Assembly: GCA_032718475.1 (NCBI GenBank)
Contig: JAUCBJ010002621.1
Coordinates: 1 to 38,590, forward strand
Reading direction: 5' to 3'
Origin: Nemertoderma westbladi
Lineage: Eukaryota > Animalia > Xenacoelomorpha
DNA: 38,590 nt
The notes beneath the pieces are model-generated. The model did no database searches. It was not told the origin of the DNA and saw only the letters and a program-made list of their open reading frames with translations. Position numbers and translations under genes: made by a program. Below are positions 32,371 through 38,590 of the stretch, piece after piece (the first letter of the stretch is position 1; each line of letters opens with the position of its first letter).

Positions 32371-33878
32371 ACCGCACATCCCCTAGCAGGGGATGAATTC
32401 TATCTTAGATTGCTACTTAACCACAACCATAGCAAGGGCAAAATAAGTTTTAAGGATATTTCTTTTTATGATTAACATATCTATAAATTGTATAAATTAT
32501 TAATTATTTTGGACCTTCTTTGGATGAACAGCTCTATTGTAAATGGAGGGAAAAATTGAACTCACCACAAGCGGCCCAAGTCTCCCGATAAAAGTTCAGG
32601 TATGCTGACCACTACACCATGAAGGCAAGTTTCTGCTGTGGTCTGCATACCTGAACGGTTATTGGGAGACAAGGTTTCGAACCCCGCTGGTGGTGGCGAG
32701 TTCATTTTTTCGCTCAATTTGTAATAGAGTTATTCATCCAAAGTCCAGTTTAAAATATATAAATAATACATAAATTATAAAATAGTGTTCTGAGGGAGGC
32801 TGATGAGATGAAACTGTGCCCTGCAATTCGCAGTTTATTTGTAGTAATTCTAATTCACTGCAATCCCTCTAATCCATTAGCATTGTTTAACGCACATCAA
32901 CACGAGTGGACTCACGACTTCAGCCGCCGCTTCCCGAACTCCTCTGTTGATGATATTCGAATTCTACTCCTCAATGATATACAAACTAAACTTCAGCAGA
33001 AAGATAAACAACTGAAAGACTTTGGGCTTCCTACTCCAACTCAGGGAGACATACGCCTGACATAATTCTACTCTCAGAGAGTCAACCCCATTTCCCTGTC
33101 ATTATACAGGTTAGAATCCGTTTGCAAAATCATTTAGGCGTAGACAACACTTTAAAAAAATGTAATTAAAGATAGTCTCAGCTTGGGCCTTGGACATGGA
33201 CCTCAGAGGTCAAGTAAAACATACTTCGCGCCGCAATGCTTTACTTTTTCCAAAAAATAATGGTACCTCATTATTCTAATTTCAAGAAAGAACTAGAGGC
33301 TCATTAGGCTTGGGTTTTTGTTAAAATATCCCTCCATGGGATCGAACTCGACACCCTTGAGAACAAAGATTGGAATAGTATTACTAAGAATATTATGATG
33401 TAATAATAATAAATTTCATTAGAAAGAACCAACAATCCTAATGTGTTCAAATAATGTTTTTTATTTAGGATGAGCTAAGTTTGGACTTTGATGAAAAAGT
33501 ACTAGAACACCAATGGAGAATCGCCTTATTAAATGAAGATCAACTGGCTATTTACAATCAAGTGATGGAATACATCAATAATAGTACGTTGTTATTTTGC
33601 CATATTTTTATCTGTGTTTTTATGTTTTTATAAATAACTTTATATGTACAATAAATTTAAGAAAAATATGTGCACCAGCAGGAAGGAGTGGATAATAATA
33701 ATGACTTTAAAGAACCCATTTTTTTAAATCTAATTCATAATTGTGAAAATAATTATTTTTTACAGACCAATCTTTAGCCATGTTTATATCGGCTCGCGGA
33801 GGGACTGGCAAAACATTTCTACTTAACACGTTGCTAGCAGCATCTCGGACTTTAAAGGAACAAACAAATGTGGCTCTT
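32371..33878 (+). pseudogene. Helitron Rep/helicase gene fragment with introns, ending just after the Pif1-type Walker A
   Basis: HPLAGDEFYLRLLL.H...GKISFKDI (~32375); LREA...IRSLFVVILIHCNPSNPLALF...LKDFGLPTP (~32790-33050); after tttttatttag, LNEDQLAIYNQV (~33530); after ttttttacag, MFISARGGTGKTFLLNTLLA (33780). Confidence 0.85.
32518..32743. repeat. Long imperfect foldback made of two outward-facing tRNA-derived heads
   Basis: Arms 32518-32612 and 32638-32743 are reverse complements (ctttggatgaa...gttcaggtatgc.gaccac); the left arm has a TGGTGTAGTGG A-box on the minus strand; the right arm has a GGTTTCGAACCCC B-box-like motif. Confidence 0.75.
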
Positions 33879-33879
33879 C

Positions 33880-35447
33880 GGATGAATTCGGTCTTGGTAG
33901 CATTTATATGTAATCCAACCTCCTTAGCAGCCCTCTCCACTTCATTTAGTAGAAGCTGTGCATCTGCTAGCGTATTAGAGAGCAGGGCGTTGTCATCCGC
34001 AAAGTCGGTGTCTGTGACTGTAGTTGCCGGATATCTACTACTTTTGCATTCTTGAAGTGTGAATCCCAGATCTTCACCCTTTGTGTCCGTCCTCATTGCG
34101 TAATCCAGCACAATTACAAATAGTAATGGTGCTAATGTGTCACCTTGCAGTACGCCAGCCAGGATTGAGAAAAACTCAGTTTCACCATCTGGTGAGAGTA
34201 CCTGCGCTTCTGTGTCACAATATAACAATCCAATGCCAGCAACAATTACTTCTGGTATTCCATAAGCTCTTAGGATTTCAAGCATTTTACCTCTATGGAT
34301 GGAGTCGAATGCCTTCTTGAAGTCCACAAAAGTCATGACTGCAGGGAGATTCTTTGACTTAATTCCTTCAATCAGTCTCCGTAGTGCAAGTATTTGAGCT
34401 ATTGTTGATCTACTTGGTCGAAATCCGTTTTGGCTCTTACGCAGTAGTTTCTCTATGTGAGGCCTAATCATATATAGAATCATTTTATTGTATATTTTGG
34501 CAGCTACCACAAGCAGACAGATCCCACGATAGTTTGTTGGTATGCCAAGGTCTCCTTTCTTGGGGAGAGGCTTTAGTTGACCTTTAGTCCAAATTGGTGG
34601 TGGCTTTTCCCCTTTTAACATCCGGTTGCAAACATTCAATAATGGTCTATTTAGCACTCCGGTTTTCCACACCTTCGCTGGGATTTCATCTAATCCACTC
34701 GCTTTATTATTGGACATGCTTTTAATGCTTCCCTGTTTCTATAGGTAGTCCCCTGTTTCTATAGGTTGTGTCTTGTCATATATTTTCCTTGTAGGGCTGA
34801 CCTCGATGTTTGGTGGCTGCCCAAGCAAGTTGCTGAAGTGATTTTTCCACTTCCCGACACGTTCTTCAGGACTATCGATCGGCTTTGAGGCGCCCCTTTG
34901 CACAACTTTTCCAACCAGATACCTCATTTACAGTTTGCCAGGTAAGTCTTGATTGTTGCTGTATGTGAGCAGTTGTAATTGCTTCAGTTTTATCCTGTAT
35001 GTACTTTTCCTGGCTGATGTTGTAGGCCAATTTAAGATCGTCCTTAGCTTTCTCAACCTTGTTAATGTTTTCGGTTGTTGGTTGTTCAGTTTTAACTTTG
35101 TAGGCTATCTTAAGATCTTCTCTCTTACAAGTAACCTCAGAGTTTTGCCATGGCACATACTGTTTTCGTTTAGGTTTCTGGGGGATATGCCTCTTAGCTG
35201 ATTCCTTGTGGGCTGTTATTATATTCTGGTATATTGAATCGGTGGATTGGTCTTCATCCATTGACTGAAGTGCTTCAAAGCGGTTTTGAACTTCTACTGT
35301 ATAAGCATCCTTTACAGCATTTTCAGTTCTGAGTTTCTCCCAGTCATAGTGGATTTGCTTGCTTGTCCTGGGTTTGCTGGCTGTCAAACTGAGTCTGATC
35401 TCTGCAGTCACAATTCTGTGGTCCGAACCAATTAGGTTGAACGAGCT
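33880..35447 (-). mobile_element. Non-LTR retrotransposon (LINE, RTE-like) fragment: end of AP endonuclease, linker and RT; truncated at both ends
   Basis: IGSDHRIV (endonuclease C-terminus), KWKNHFSNLL, KASGLDEIP, LPKKGDL...NYRGICLL, QNGFRPSRST, FVDFKKAFDSI, GVLQGDTLAPLLF, FADD, GLHINATKTE; frameshifts near 34900 and 34730. Confidence 0.92.
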
Positions 35448-35490
35448 GAAAAAAAGTGCTGAAAAAAATTAAATATATATATGACTATAA

Positions 35491-36160
35491 TTAATTACAC
35501 AACATTGAAACATAGAAAACATGTTGCCCATTATATGTACTTGGAAAGCAGATGCATAATGTCCAATCTCTTACCACTAAATTAGATAATCCCTTTCCGA
35601 TTTTGAAAAAACCTTCACCGTAACCACTGATATGACATGGAAATGGCAACTGGAACAAATGAATCACAAAATCAAGTATATGTCCATGTAATTTTAGACG
35701 TAATTTTAAACCATCAGGAATAATTGAAAACAATCCCACTAATAAAAAACGGTTCGTAGTAAATATACAAGAACCTCTTTTTAGATGTTGAATGTCAGTA
35801 TTCGATTTAACAACTGTCGGTATGCTATCTTCTGAACTAGCAGCTATATATATTTCACTTAAGTACTTCCCAGCTGCTTCCTTTAGAATCAAAACAATTC
35901 GCTTTGATTTTGTACATTTCTTTAACATGTGCATACCAATACCAATCTGCTCGTGAAACATTGAAATGAAACTCCTTGAATAAGCTAAATATCTAGGATC
36001 CGTTGATAATTCATCTGATATTAGAATTCGAAGTGCTATGTGAAGGTACATTAAATGTATGAAAAATCGATCTGGAAGATAGCTACCCATCAGAGGGCAG
36101 GCATATATAATGAAGTTATGAAACTCAGTAGCTTCGAAATGCTTAACCTCATCCAAACCA
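35491..36160 (-). pseudogene. CACTA/EnSpm-like DNA transposase C-terminal relic
   Basis: LDEVKHFEATEFHNFIIYACPLM...FIHLMYLHIALRIL resembles the W/FKATEFR.FLLY..P...H...L..AIRIL block of animal CACTA-type transposases; the downstream conserved block appears deleted. Confidence 0.55.
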
Positions 36161-36409
36161 TGCTCGATTAAAAATTGAAAGCATGTGTAAACTAAAGCTC
36201 ATCAAAGTGATATTTAAAGTAACTATTTAAAAGTAATTATTTAAAAGTTCAATAGTAAATTTTTTATTAAATACAACTTTTTTTGAGTTTTTTGTTAATT
36301 TGTGAATTTCTGTATTATTGCTGGTATTGTATTTTTGGTGTTTTCTTTTGATAATACTTTTAGTATGAATTATTTTTTATTAATCCAGGAAAAACCCTTA
36401 TTAACTCAA

Positions 36410-37500
36410 GGTCCTCACTCGTCCCTGGGTGGTGTGGCGGGGGAGGGGGGGTCGTTGTGGAGAGTCGGTAGATACCATGGGGGTGAGTCGGCAGGGGAGC
36501 TAGATACTAGTTCTATTTTGTATAATACTGTACTTATATATACAAAATATTAAATTAAACTGCCCCTTGATAATTACCTCCCCATAGGGAACCTGTAAGT
36601 AACTATATTTGAAAACCACTGGAATAAAATATCAAATGACAAAGTAGGTCCACATAAATGAAACTAACTGGGGTTGGTTGTTGAGGCGGTCGGGTAGGAC
36701 TTGGCTGTGGAGGCGATCTCAACGCGTCGGTGTATGATGGAGAAGTGGGGGGAGTCTGGCGTCCCACCGTAACGTCGGGTGTCTCGAGTCCCAACTCCAT
36801 CGGGATAGGTTGCAGCGAAGGAGAGGTACTTGGCCGTGGAGGCGATCTCACCGCGTCGGCGTAGGATGGAGAGGTGGGAGTCTGGTGTCCCACTGTCACT
36901 TCGGGAATCTCGCGTCCCAACTAGAAAGTAACAGTATAAGATTATGATATGGAGAGAAATGTACTTATACTGACTGCAAATAACAAAAACAGATAAAATT
37001 TTTCGTACATTGTCGATAATTTAAAATCCATTGGGGGGGGGGGGGGGGGGGGGGTGGGGGGATAATACACTTATATAGTTATATACACTTAGAATAGAAT
37101 GGAAGGTTACCAAAGAAATTGGAAGACAATTAAATATTACTAAACAGGGACGTAGGCAGTGGGAGATAATGGTGTGTTTCCTAGGCCGTACAAACAGCAT
37201 GACTATGTTTAGAATAATATTTAATATACGTTAAATTAAACTTACATTGGCTTCCACCACATGTAAACGGCCAGTCTGATGGACATCAGCGCTTCCAGGA
37301 ATCTCTACATGAATACCGATGATACCGGGTTGGTCAGCAGCGCCACCTAGTTCCAACTCTCCACCAGCATCCATGTTCGCGGCATATATCTCTTTCCGCA
37401 GATGTTCGATGCGCATTGGGCAAGTTGTCCATTTGTGCCACTTCTTGCCACAGCGCCCTTGGCAGTACGAGCAAACACTAGGTTGCTTTCATTTTGGCAT
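36410..37500 (-). pseudogene. Spliced gene relic: Cys/His knuckle-like first exon and Pro/Ser/Thr-rich repeat exon
   Basis: ATG at 37500: MPK*KQPSVCSYCQGRCGKKWHKWTTCPMR... ending at a gtaagt donor (~37245); ttctag acceptor at ~36921 opens an exon with two copies of P.VTVG.QTP.TSPSY.DA.RSPP; a micro-exon (acttacag...gtaatt) at ~36577-36592. Confidence 0.4.
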
Positions 37501-37869
37501 AATGGTATCTATAAAAAATAATAAGGTAAATAAATTATTTAACAAAATACTACCGAGAAAGCGAACAGGACACGCTATCATGCCTATGCCTATTATATAT
37601 ATATAATTATGTCAAATGAACAAGCAAAACCAAACAGAGATTAAAAAAATCGATATGTACAAAACTCAACCAACATCAGTTTCTAATTCGGAAGGATTAA
37701 ACATTCAATCGAGCACTACATTGACAAACAAATATATATAAATGTACAGGAAATTGTACTGGTATATTGTATATTGACTCCCCAGTCACATAAAGAACAA
37801 TTAAAAAGTAACAAGGTACAAATTTATACAGTCATCACTGCCATATATGTTTATGAATTTTTGATGAAA

Positions 37870-38590
37870 GTTTACTTGGGTATGTGTTTACGTACTCTCT
37901 TCCTATCTGCTGGCTCTTCATATTTAACAAATATCTTTTTAAAGTTGGTTGTTTCATGGAGTTCACTGACAAGTCTTTCTGCGGGTTGGTTGTGTCCTGT
38001 TATCATTACCCCAATCTGAGTAATTCTTTGCCATATCTCAGAATGTTTATCTTTCTGATTATATAAAGATTACATGACTGCAGTGTCTTGCAATTCAGGG
38101 ATGTGGTGAACGAGTGGAGATACTTGTAATCGCCTGATCCACTGAGGATGTTTGACCTAGTCTGATAAAGTTAAAGATGACAGTTTGTTTTTAGAAAATT
38201 TAAGAACCATCCTCTCGGAAAAATTCGCTTGACCTCCCACTGTCCCAAGGAACTAAACTTTTTGATTTCTTGAACTACTGTGGATTTATAGGTGATGTCC
38301 AAAGGGAGAAGAGTCGCATCAAGGTTGTATAGATGTCTTTCGATGGCATCAAAGTAAACACTTGGTAGATTTAAATCATTTCCAACATTAGCTAGCATAT
38401 AGCTATATAGCTAGCATCTCAAGTGTGCTCATAATCACATTCGACCCATTGGAATTGTGACAGTATCCACTTTGAGTTGACAGTAGTGGATACCGACCGG
38501 TGTAGGTTGTACGCGTCGTTGCGTCGCTGGGCTGCTGGTCTGACGGCTGGATAAATATGTTTGGCCAAAGGCCGAACTTAGTGGTCAACC
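37870..38590 (-). pseudogene. Decayed coding relic, possibly a transposase C-terminus
   Basis: Successive - strand frames with stops; a late segment reads IGHNQPAERLVSEL, similar to the H.Q..ER.V motif near the C-terminus of hAT-like transposases. Weak support. Confidence 0.25.

Overview
AT-rich, repeat-dense eukaryotic DNA, most likely from an invertebrate animal (inferred from spliceosomal GT-AG introns and the element types present). No intact host gene was recognised; the window is a patchwork of mobile-element remains. The main feature is an endogenous Polinton/Maverick (adintovirus-like) element at about 7.6-18.7 kb. On the + strand it has the N-terminus of a protein-primed DNA polymerase B. 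On the - strand it has a hypothetical ORF, a RING-finger gene, the packaging ATPase, an adenovirus pX-like protein, the rve integrase, two tandem divergent minor-capsid (penton) genes, a basic GG-motif core-like protein and the N-terminus of the major capsid protein. The centre of the element (most of pPolB and the major capsid gene; no protease gene is visible) is replaced by an LTR-less BEL/Pao gag-pol fragment fused in frame to pPolB. Also present: a frameshifted SGNH hydrolase, two more BEL/Pao fragments, a Penelope-like RT fragment, an intron-containing Helitron fragment cut by an RTE-type LINE, hAT-like and CACTA-like transposase relics, Helentron/HINE-like and MITE-like non-autonomous elements, a tRNA-derived foldback, several tandem arrays, and two diverged relics of one unrecognised protein family. 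All family calls come from motif recognition by eye; no searches were run.
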